Shown here piece after piece: positions 1 through 7,800 of a DNA stretch of 15,520 nucleotides (its first letter is position 1; each line of letters opens with the position of its first letter). The notes beneath the pieces were generated by a model. The model was given only the letters and a program-made list of their open reading frames with translations. It made no database searches and was not told the origin of the DNA. This DNA comes from Limisphaerales bacterium. Its GTDB lineage: Bacteria; Verrucomicrobiota; Verrucomicrobiia; Limisphaerales; JAJOIW01. The stretch covers positions 234,491-250,010 of the forward strand of contig CBFHOE010000005.1 of assembly GCA_965657355.1 (NCBI GenBank), read 5' to 3'. Made by a program: the position numbers and the translations under genes.

Positions 1-117
1 CAAAGACAGTAAAGCTAGAATTGTCATTATTCCATTAGCAGAGTTTGGGCTGCGTTGTAAACAGAAGAAGGGCAACCATTTCAATGGACATTTTATGCGA
101 CCTAGCTACTCTTTTTG

Positions 118-1446
118 ATGGTGGCCTTTGTGATGAAACAAATTCTAATTCAATTATTTATTATCAATGCGACAATACTTTTTGCTGTCAAAACTGACGG
201 GGCTGAAACCCTAGATAAGAGAATCAAGGACAGTCATTACTTATCGGATAGTTTTTGGATTTACAATGATTACAACAATGCTAAAGAGATGGCAAAAAAA
301 CAAAACAAGCCTCTTTTCATTACGTTTCGATGCGTCCCATGCCATAACTGTAAAGCTTTTGATGCTGAAGTTGCACAAAGGAACAAAGAGGTAGCCGATC
401 TTGCAAAAAACAATTTTATATCAGTTAGGTTAGTTGAGATGAAAGGAATTGATTTGGGTCAATTCCAATTTGATTATGATCTGAATTGGGCTGCCATGTT
501 CTTGAACTCTGACGGGACAGTATACGCACGCTATGGAACCCAAAGCGATCAGGGGCCAGATGCTTACAATTCAATAGATGGGCTTATCAATACTATGAAG
601 AGAGTTGTGAAAGCTCATAAAAACTATCCACAGAACAAATCATGGTTTAAAGAAAAAAAGGGAGGCCCTGTAACACAATCAAACCCTCTTAATTTACCAG
701 GGCTCAGCAACCCGGCGAAGTATGCAAGACAAACCGAATTATCAAACTGTATTCATTGCCATAACATTTATGATGCCATCCATAATGAATTGTATGAGAA
801 AGGGAAATTATCAAAAAATAAATTATGGAAGTATCCACTACCTCAAAATATTGGTATAGAAATCGACTCCGCAGCAGGGAACGTTGTAAAGAAAGTCACA
901 GCTGAATCAGCTGCTGGTATAACTGGAATAAGAGAGGGAGATGTTATTTGTTTCATTCAAGAACAAAGGATTTTCTCAATCGCCGATATTCAATGGGTTC
1001 TTCATGGATTGTCCAATGAAAAAGAAAAGATAGCCATAACCATAAAGCGAGAGGGAAAAGATTTGGAAAAAATTTTAATGACTAAGCCGGGTTGGAAGAT
1101 CTCAGATATTTCATGGAGGGCTTCAACCTGGAATTTACCTCCTCGACTGGGCATGTGGACCCCACTTGCAGATCCAAAAACTTTAAGAGAATCCGGTTTA
1201 CCTTCAGAAAAGCAGACGGTCTTTTTCAAATGGATCAATAGAAAAATGGAGACAGGGAATGCCGCTTGGAAGGCTGGTCTTAGAACCGGTGACATCCTGA
1301 CTAAGGTCAACGGTAAAGAGGTAAATTTTAAACCTAATAAATTTCACACTTACATAAAACTTAATTTCAAACCTGGTGATGATATTAATTTTGAAGTTTT
1401 CCGAAAAGGCGATGTAAAAAAAATCACGTTCAAACTTTTTAAATGA
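118..1446 (+). CDS. Exported thioredoxin-like (Trx7)/PDZ-domain protein with CxxCH motifs (Cys form of the PVC 'Trx7/PDZ (seleno)protein' family)
   Basis: Signal-peptide-like N-terminus (MKQILIQLFIINATILFA). Thioredoxin_7-like segment WIYNDYNNAKEMAKKQNKPLFITFRCVPCHNCKAFD, then FQFDYDLNWAAMFLNSDGTVYARYG and CIHCH. Two PDZ-like segments (VKKVTAESAAGITGIREGDVI and AAWKAGLRTGDILTKVNGKEV...KPGDDINFEVFRKG). Start uncertain: TTG115, ATG118 or ATG133. Confidence 0.8.
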   Translation: MVAFVMKQILIQLFIINATILFAVKTDGAETLDKRIKDSHYLSDSFWIYNDYNNAKEMAKKQNKPLFITFRCVPCHNCKAFDAEVAQRNKEVADLAKNNFISVRLVEMKGIDLGQFQFDYDLNWAAMFLNSDGTVYARYGTQSDQGPDAYNSIDGLINTMKRVVKAHKNYPQNKSWFKEKKGGPVTQSNPLNLPGLSNPAKYARQTELSNCIHCHNIYDAIHNELYEKGKLSKNKLWKYPLPQNIGIEIDSAAGNVVKKVTAESAAGITGIREGDVICFIQEQRIFSIADIQWVLHGLSNEKEKIAITIKREGKDLEKILMTKPGWKISDISWRASTWNLPPRLGMWTPLADPKTLRESGLPSEKQTVFFKWINRKMETGNAAWKAGLRTGDILTKVNGKEVNFKPNKFHTYIKLNFKPGDDINFEVFRKGDVKKITFKLFK

Positions 1447-1455
1447 CGTTTCATT

Positions 1456-2445
1456 ATGCCAGCAACCCGAAATAATAAGTCGCGAGATGACAAAGCTTCG
1501 AGATTTAAGAAAAATTTAAAGGATCTATTACTCGCCATCATTTGTATCTCAATAATTCTTATTTTTGGGGTTCGCGTCCTTAGTCAAGCGGGGGTATCAA
1601 AAGGCCAAGCCGTTATATTCCTTAGAGATAACCTTTATTGGATTTGCATTGGATTTGGAGGCGTCGTCATTTTGAATAGCTTTGCACGAGAAAAAAAACT
1701 TCCACCAGCTATATTTGGATTGATTCTAGTATTAACAGGAAGCGGGTTATGTTTTATCCAATCACATCCTGTAAAGGGTTTTAGTTGGCATAGGAAGGAT
1801 CAATCTATGGCATGGATTAACCCGGGATCAGTCACATATACTAATTCGTATGGGCAAATAAAAACGATTTCTATAGACCATGGGTTTTGGATTGATAGCA
1901 ACGAAGTCATCGGACAGGCACGATCTCAAAGAGATTATTGGAGAGCTCCAAAAAGGCAAACCTCGAGGCGTTCTCCACTAGTCTACATCTCCTGGCAATC
2001 GGCTAACCAAAATTGTGAATTAGCAACGAAAAATGCTATTGCTAAGGGCCATCTGCCTAAAGGGTATAATTACAGATTACCAACGACCAACGAGTGGATT
2101 TATGCCAGCCTCTACGATAAACGAAGATCTTTGGATTCATTTGAACAGCCCATTTTTCAAAACGGATTTAGGACCCGGCCGTCGAGTGTAACTGATGAAG
2201 ACTCCAATAAGGGACGTCTCTTACATATGGAGGGAAATGTATGGGAATGGTGCTTGGAGAATGTTCCAGCCCCACTTGATTCTCTTGCAGAGGCCCCAAA
2301 TCAATCAGAATACAAGGCGGCGATTGGGGGCGGCTGGACGAGCCCCCAAGAATTATGCCGACCCGATTCAATTATTTCTTTAAACGAGTACGACGCATTT
2401 AAGTTTGTCGGATATAGAATGGTTTTGTCGAAGAAACAGGAATAG
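1456..2445 (+). CDS. Membrane-anchored FGE-sulfatase (SUMF1/EgtB/PvdO-like, C-type-lectin fold) domain protein
   Basis: Three N-terminal hydrophobic segments, then degenerate FGE-domain motifs FWIDSNEV, PLVYISWQSANQNC, YRLPTTNEWIYA, LLHMEGNVWEWC, IGGGW, VGYRMV. Confidence 0.8.
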   Translation: MPATRNNKSRDDKASRFKKNLKDLLLAIICISIILIFGVRVLSQAGVSKGQAVIFLRDNLYWICIGFGGVVILNSFAREKKLPPAIFGLILVLTGSGLCFIQSHPVKGFSWHRKDQSMAWINPGSVTYTNSYGQIKTISIDHGFWIDSNEVIGQARSQRDYWRAPKRQTSRRSPLVYISWQSANQNCELATKNAIAKGHLPKGYNYRLPTTNEWIYASLYDKRRSLDSFEQPIFQNGFRTRPSSVTDEDSNKGRLLHMEGNVWEWCLENVPAPLDSLAEAPNQSEYKAAIGGGWTSPQELCRPDSIISLNEYDAFKFVGYRMVLSKKQE

Positions 2446-2498
2446 AAAACTGAGGATTGGGCGAATATGATGCGACATAATTGTTAAGCGAGAGAAAG

Positions 2499-2527
2499 GT
2501 GACATTCGGCATTATATCAATTAACAT
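2499..2527 (+). promoter_or_regulatory. Putative sigma70 promoter GTGACA-17-TAACAT, 6 nt before ATG2534
   Basis: -35 matches at 5/6, -10 fits TAnnnT, spacer is the canonical 17 bp. Confidence 0.45.
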
Positions 2528-2533
2528 GAGCTC

Positions 2534-4990
2534 ATGAACCAGAAATATAAAAACATGAGAAATTATTGGACGTTGCTTCTGGTCTGTTTGCATGCGGTCA
2601 TTGGAATGAATTTTCTTATTATTGATACCGAGGCGCGTGAAGAATGGGTTGTTTTCGAAAAAACTGTTCGCCCGATTCTTGAGAAACACTGTGCCGAATG
2701 CCATTCGGGGGATAAGAGGAAGGGGGGATTCTCGATGAATACGAGAGAAACCATTTTAAATGGCAGTGAAACTGAAGAAGTTATTATTCCCGGTTCTCCT
2801 GAAGAGAGTTTATTCATGGATGTTATTCTTGAATCCGACCCTGAATTCAGAATGCCGCCAGAAGAAAAACCACCTCTCACCCTTGATGAGATTAGTAGCC
2901 TCAAGAATTGGATCAAGGACGGACTGGTTTGGCCAGAAGGTTTCACATTAGGCAAAACCAGCAGAAGAGCACCATTAGGACTTAAAAAAATTGAATTACC
3001 GTTTCCTAGATCCGAAATTCACCCAATAGATCAATTAATAATTTCACACCTGGGTAAATCAGGTAAAAGTATTTCTGAGAGAACCCAGTGGAACAAATGG
3101 TTAAGAAAAGTGTCCCTAGATATTATCGGCCTGCTACCTCAAAAAGATTTTCGTAATAAATTTCAAAATAAAGGGTGGGATGCAGCATCTGAAGTTGTCG
3201 ATTATTTACTCGATCAAGATGAAGACTATGCGGGGCATTGGTTATCTTATTGGAATGATTGGTTAAGAAACGACTACAAGGGAACAGGGTTTATTGACGG
3301 CGGAAGGAAACAGATCACGGAATGGCTTTATAGTTCTTTGCATAACAACAAGCCGTATGACAAATTTGTAACTGAACTACTAACCTCGGCCTCTGGGGCG
3401 GAAGGATACCTTCATGGAATAAAATGGAGAGGAACAGTCAATGACAGCCAGAGAAGAGAAATGCAATCAGCACAATCTATTTCACAGGTATTTTTGGGCA
3501 CGAATCTCAAGTGTGCCTCTTGTCATGATAGTTTCATAAATGATTGGAAATTAAAGGAGGCTTATGGCTTCGCGAGCGTCTTTGCAGATAAACCACTTGA
3601 GCTGCACAGGTGTGACAAGCCGACAGGGCGATTTATAAAAGCCAGCTTTCTTTATCCTGAGCTTGGAGACATTTCATCCTCGCTCAATAAAAAAGAAAGG
3701 CTCATCAGGTTGGCTGAATTGATTACTTCACCTGAGAACGGAAGATTTCCAAGAACAATCGTTAATAGATTTTGGGCTCATTTTTTGGGCAAAGGAATCA
3801 TAGAACCGGTTGATGATATGGACCAATTACCTTTTTCAGAGGATCTCCTTGATTGGTTAGCAACTGAGCTTCAAAGAAATAATTACGATCTGAAATCAAT
3901 CATTAGATTAATAGCAACTTCAAGAATATATCAGGCGGATTCTATATCTCCCGAGGAACAATTAATATCTGGCCCCGTGACACGTAGATTGTCTGCTGAG
4001 CAATTTATTGATGCTGTTGCGTCCATCGTCGATGTATCATTAGAGTTCGAAAACAGTGCCCTTAAAATGGACGGCAGAGGACAGGGAGGGCAGATCCGGG
4101 CAATAGGATCAGCGCTTCCTAGAAAAGAGTCTCTTTCAGAGAGCATCCCCATTATTAACGATAAAAGCTACTGGGTCTGGACAAGTAAAAACGCTCATAA
4201 AACCGCTCCAGCTGGTGAAACAGTCAAGATTAGAAAAACATTCAGGACTGATTTTAAAGTCGTAAAAGCTTCATTCATAGCCACAGCAGACAATAAGGTT
4301 ATTGCTTATGTGAACGGACAAATGGTTGGAAAATCTGATGATTGGAATACTCCGTTGCAAATGGATGTTGGTAAATTTTTGAAAATAGGTGAAAACACAA
4401 TAGAGTTAGTTGCCTCGAATGGAGGAAACAGTGAAAATCCGGCTGCTGTTATTGGGGGATTAAATATTTCTGGTAAAAAGAAAGGCCAGTCTCTCTATTT
4501 CGGCACGGACAATACATGGCAGATCGTTTCAGATGCCAAGAAATCACTCTATCAGTTGGGAGGATCCAATATGAATCCATGGAGGATAAAAGATAAAATT
4601 ACAAAACTTCCTGAGTGGAATAAGCCGAAAAGGATTCGTGCCAGTTACCTTTTTACGGATGAGCTTGCTCGTGCAATGGGGCGCCCCTCGAGGGAACAAA
4701 TTGTTACCCAAAGAGAATCTACGGCCACTACGCTGGAATTACTCGAACTCACAAATGGAAAAACATTGGATGCAATTCTCAAGAAGGGTGCCACTGAATT
4801 AGCCCCAGCATTCACAGAAGACAGTTCCAGTGCCATTGAAAAAATATTTTTGAAGGTATTCAATCGACAGCCAAGTAAGATTGAGCTGGCAACGAGTCAA
4901 TCAATACTAGGACTGAGTCCAACAACTGAAAAGGTGCAGGACTTTTTTTGGATCCTGATTATGCAACCCGAATTTCAATTATTGAATTGA
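2534..4990 (+). CDS. Planctomycete cytochrome c (PSCyt1) + DUF1549 + DUF1553 (PSD1) domain protein with an inserted beta-sandwich domain
   Basis: Signal-like N-terminus. FEKTVRPILEKHCAECH...GGFSM...PGSPEES...RMPP...WIKDG (PSCyt1). HPIDQLI, WLRKVSLDIIGLLP, FLGTNLKCASCHD (DUF1549). RLAELITSPENGRFPRTIVNRFWAHFLGKGIIEPVDD, LLDWLA, YDLKSIIRLIATSRIYQ, RRLSAEQFIDA and terminal PEFQL (DUF1553). Alternative start ATG2555. Confidence 0.9.
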   Translation: MNQKYKNMRNYWTLLLVCLHAVIGMNFLIIDTEAREEWVVFEKTVRPILEKHCAECHSGDKRKGGFSMNTRETILNGSETEEVIIPGSPEESLFMDVILESDPEFRMPPEEKPPLTLDEISSLKNWIKDGLVWPEGFTLGKTSRRAPLGLKKIELPFPRSEIHPIDQLIISHLGKSGKSISERTQWNKWLRKVSLDIIGLLPQKDFRNKFQNKGWDAASEVVDYLLDQDEDYAGHWLSYWNDWLRNDYKGTGFIDGGRKQITEWLYSSLHNNKPYDKFVTELLTSASGAEGYLHGIKWRGTVNDSQRREMQSAQSISQVFLGTNLKCASCHDSFINDWKLKEAYGFASVFADKPLELHRCDKPTGRFIKASFLYPELGDISSSLNKKERLIRLAELITSPENGRFPRTIVNRFWAHFLGKGIIEPVDDMDQLPFSEDLLDWLATELQRNNYDLKSIIRLIATSRIYQADSISPEEQLISGPVTRRLSAEQFIDAVASIVDVSLEFENSALKMDGRGQGGQIRAIGSALPRKESLSESIPIINDKSYWVWTSKNAHKTAPAGETVKIRKTFRTDFKVVKASFIATADNKVIAYVNGQMVGKSDDWNTPLQMDVGKFLKIGENTIELVASNGGNSENPAAVIGGLNISGKKKGQSLYFGTDNTWQIVSDAKKSLYQLGGSNMNPWRIKDKITKLPEWNKPKRIRASYLFTDELARAMGRPSREQIVTQRESTATTLELLELTNGKTLDAILKKGATELAPAFTEDSSSAIEKIFLKVFNRQPSKIELATSQSILGLSPTTEKVQDFFWILIMQPEFQLLN

Positions 4991-5021
4991 TTCCAAAACA
5001 AAATTGTATAGCAAAAAAAGA

Positions 5022-6437
5022 ATGAACCGACGAGAATTTGGAAAAACACTTGGAGCTTCTGGACTTGGTTTAGCTGGATTAAAACCTTCGGCGCTCATTG
5101 GGGCACAGGAAACTCGTGTTCCTGAAATTACGCCAAAAGCCGACACCTGTATTGTTTTGTGGATGGCCGGAGGGATGGCACACACTGAGACATTTGATCC
5201 TAAAAGGCATACACCTTTTTATGATGGCATAAAAGCAAATGAGATCGTCAGCACTTTCCCATCAATTCCAACGGTTCTCGACGGTGTTAGATTATCTCAA
5301 GGGCTCGAAAATATCGCACAGGTCTTGGATAGAGGTACTTTAATCAGGACACACGTCGTCGGTGACTTAGGAAAAATTCTCCACTCAAGGCATCAATATC
5401 ACTGGCATACTGGATACGAACCACCACTCACCGTCACAGCCCCACATATTGGAGCTTGGATGGCTCATGCACGCGGGCCAAGAAATGATGCGTTGCCTCC
5501 GTTTATTGACATTGGGCAACCGTGGGCAGGCAATGGAGAAGCGGAGGAATTGAAAGCTTTCCAAACAGCTGGAATTCTCGGAAGTGAATTTGGCCCATTT
5601 AGAGTTCCCTACCCAGAGCAAGCGATCGAAACAGTTCGCCCCCCCAAAGGGTGGACTATGGAAAGATTCCGACAACGAAAGAAAGGCTTTCAAAAGATGC
5701 TGGAGGCATCCGGCAATTCCACAATCAAAAACGACGAACAAAGGCAATACTTATTACAATCAATAACGAACGCAGATAAGCTGTTGGACTCATCATCTGC
5801 AAAAGCATTCGATCTGGGGTTAGAACCCGAAGGATCTTACAAGGATTACAATACTGGCCCTTTTGGCCTTGGATGCCTTTTAGCAAGGCGACTCACAGAG
5901 GCGGGTGCGCGATTTATTGAAGTATCAACTGAGTATGTTCCCTTTTTTGGTTGGGATACTCATGATAATGGGCATACCAGGCTGAGTGGCATGAAAAAAC
6001 TTATCGATAAGCCAATCGCTAAGTTGGTTCTAGATTTAGAGGAGCTAGGTCTCCTTGATAGAACCCTCATTGTTCTTGCGAGTGAATTCAGTAGATCTGT
6101 ATTAATTGAAGGAAAAATTGAAAAGCCAGTTCCTGGTCAGGTAGCACAAAGTAATGTCATTAACGAGTTGAAACAATTTGGAATGCATCGGCATTTCACA
6201 GGAGCTGGTTCCGTATTGATGTTTGGAGGAGGCGTGAAAAAAGGTCAAGTTTATGGCGTCACTAGCGATGAGGCCCCTTGCACAACAATTGAAAATCCAG
6301 TTTCAATTACCGATCTCCATGCCACAATGTATCATTTGATGGGAATTAAATCTGACTACAAATTCGATATCGAGAAAAGGCCCTTCTACGTAACTCCAGA
6401 TGGCCATGGAAAGCCTAACTTTGATTTGATAGGATAA
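5022..6437 (+). CDS. DUF1501 family protein (alkaline-phosphatase/sulfatase-like superfamily), Tat-type signal
   Basis: MNRREF twin-arginine motif from ATG5022 (the ORF track starts at TTG5004). KADTCIVLWMAGGMAHTETFDPK, FGLGCLLARRLTEAGARFIEV, WDTH, GLLDRTLIVLASEFSR, GGGVKKGQVYG, DLHATMYHLMGI. Sits in the usual position directly after a DUF1549/DUF1553 gene. Confidence 0.9.
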   Translation: MNRREFGKTLGASGLGLAGLKPSALIGAQETRVPEITPKADTCIVLWMAGGMAHTETFDPKRHTPFYDGIKANEIVSTFPSIPTVLDGVRLSQGLENIAQVLDRGTLIRTHVVGDLGKILHSRHQYHWHTGYEPPLTVTAPHIGAWMAHARGPRNDALPPFIDIGQPWAGNGEAEELKAFQTAGILGSEFGPFRVPYPEQAIETVRPPKGWTMERFRQRKKGFQKMLEASGNSTIKNDEQRQYLLQSITNADKLLDSSSAKAFDLGLEPEGSYKDYNTGPFGLGCLLARRLTEAGARFIEVSTEYVPFFGWDTHDNGHTRLSGMKKLIDKPIAKLVLDLEELGLLDRTLIVLASEFSRSVLIEGKIEKPVPGQVAQSNVINELKQFGMHRHFTGAGSVLMFGGGVKKGQVYGVTSDEAPCTTIENPVSITDLHATMYHLMGIKSDYKFDIEKRPFYVTPDGHGKPNFDLIG

Positions 6438-6444
6438 TTTGGCT

Positions 6445-7356
6445 ATGAATGTACCGAGTTACCAAGGGTTATTTTTTGCGACCTATAGCCCAATGCATGC
6501 AGATAGGTCTCTAAATTTAGATGTGATCCCCGATTTGGTTGAATATAATATTCAATCTGGAGCCGCGGGTCTCTATTTGTGCGGGACAACCGGTGAAGGG
6601 ATGTCTCTTTCGACACAGGAGAGAAAAGATATCTGTGAAGCTTTTATCAAAGCCGTCTCTGGAAGGATACCGGTTATCGTCCAAGTTGGGCACAATGCAA
6701 TACCTGATGCTTGTGATCTTGCCCGGCATGCCGAAGCTTCAGGAGCTCAGGGGATATCCGCCCACCCACCTACGTATTATAAAGTTGAGGATGTCGAGTC
6801 ACTTGTTGAATTAAGCAAACAGGTTGCTGCGGCCTCCCCCACCCTCCCATTTTATTACTACCACATACCAAGCTTTACTGGTGCGCATTTCTCAATGAAG
6901 GAATTTAGCATTCGAGCAAGTAACGAGATACCAACATTTGGGGGAATAAAATTTTCAGACTCAAGGATAGACTTTCTAAAGCAAGCTATGGATGCATGCC
7001 ATTCTGATTTAAATTGGTTTTGGGGGTGTGATGAGATGCTATTTTCAGGTTTGAGCAATGGCATTCATGCAGCAGTTGGTTCCACCTATAATGTTTTTGC
7101 TAGAGAGTTTTATAAAGTTATTGATCACTTCAATAATGGAAATTTGGAGGAGGCTCAAAAAGCTCAACTACATTGCACAAAACTCATTTCAACAGTAGCT
7201 CAATTTCCATTCCATGCGGCAATGAAATCCCTAATCACTCGTTTCGGTGTATCTTGTGGTCCCACCCGTTTGCCCAACTTGCCAATGACACCAGAGCTAG
7301 AGGAAAAACTATTCGAGCGCCTAAGAGATTTAAATTTCGAAGTTCCAAACCAGTAA
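6445..7356 (+). CDS. nanA: DapA/NanA-family class I aldolase, most like N-acetylneuraminate lyase
   Basis: GLYLCGTTGEG, PVIVQVG, FYYYHIPSFTG, GGIKFSD (Schiff-base Lys), WGCDEML and AAVGSTYN are NAL-type rather than DHDPS-type motifs. ATG6445 is preceded by AGGA at 6431-6434 (the ORF track starts at TTG6439). Substrate not proven. Confidence 0.75.
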   Translation: MNVPSYQGLFFATYSPMHADRSLNLDVIPDLVEYNIQSGAAGLYLCGTTGEGMSLSTQERKDICEAFIKAVSGRIPVIVQVGHNAIPDACDLARHAEASGAQGISAHPPTYYKVEDVESLVELSKQVAAASPTLPFYYYHIPSFTGAHFSMKEFSIRASNEIPTFGGIKFSDSRIDFLKQAMDACHSDLNWFWGCDEMLFSGLSNGIHAAVGSTYNVFAREFYKVIDHFNNGNLEEAQKAQLHCTKLISTVAQFPFHAAMKSLITRFGVSCGPTRLPNLPMTPELEEKLFERLRDLNFEVPNQ

Positions 7357-7381
7357 TTTTGATTGATTAATCAATCAAAAT
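7356..7381. repeat. Perfect 26-bp palindrome ATTTTGATTGATTAATCAATCAAAAT between convergent nanA-like and rhaM genes; possible bidirectional terminator
   Basis: Read directly: the sequence equals its own reverse complement. It covers the last base of the nanA stop, the 14-bp spacer and the last codons of rhaM. Confidence 0.85.
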
Positions 7382-7685
7382 GGAAAACCTCATCCAATGA
7401 TTCTACTACGGGGCTATTATCCGAGTTAGTGGGCATGATTTCTTTCATGTGATCCCACCATTTTTTGCATACTTCGGTTTGGGAGATTGCCATCCACTGA
7501 GACTCACTTTCGAATTCGACATATGCGAAAAGTTGAAGCGTATTTGGATGAAGAAATATGGAATAATTCTTTACGCCATGGGATCGAAGGGTTTCTTCAA
7601 GGTCTGGCCAAATTGGGCTGTGGCGTGATCGATATTCATTTTCACAACCCGGGAGCACAGACATCACAAAAGCTTTTCTAATCAT
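7371..7685 (-). CDS. rhaM: L-rhamnose mutarotase
   Basis: 104 aa. MIRKAFVM...EYRSRHSPIWPDL...HGVKNYSIFL...LFAYVE...VCKKWWDHM..IMPTNSDNSP...EVF matches RhaM/YiiL along its whole length, including the catalytic His. Confidence 0.95.
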   Translation of the reverse strand: MIRKAFVMSVLPGCENEYRSRHSPIWPDLEETLRSHGVKNYSIFLHPNTLQLFAYVEFESESQWMAISQTEVCKKWWDHMKEIMPTNSDNSPVVESLDEVFHFD

Positions 7686-7800
7686 TGGGAATGAATTTGG
7701 ATTTAAATTAGCAAAAAGATTTTTCCTGCCATCATAAACTAGTCTGATGAGCTAAAAAGATTAAAGTTTCATTTCTTTGCCGAATGTCTACCATGGAAAT

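Noticed and set aside
1..84. Possible start of a divergent minus-strand gene (…GIMTILALLSL, running off the left edge)
   Set aside because: Fewer than 30 codons are visible, too few to support a call.
1444..1458. The Trx/PDZ TGA stop is in frame with the next gene (TGA CGT TTC ATT ATG), suggesting Sec insertion or readthrough fusion
   Set aside because: The TGA falls at the natural end of the PDZ domain, not in a redox motif. I see no convincing SECIS hairpin. The basic N-terminus of the next protein suggests a cytoplasmic start, which conflicts with fusion to an exported protein. Same-frame neighbours occur one time in three.
2320..2445. FGE/C-type-lectin C-terminus as a diversity-generating retroelement variable region
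   Set aside because: No template repeat, reverse transcriptase or avd gene is visible in the window.
2525..2536. 12-bp palindrome CATGAGCTCATG over the putative -10 and start codon of the PSD1 gene
   Set aside because: Short and single-copy, compatible with chance; an operator role cannot be supported from this window.
7744..7775. CTGATGA resembling a hammerhead ribozyme core
   Set aside because: No stem II followed by GAAA and no supporting stems.
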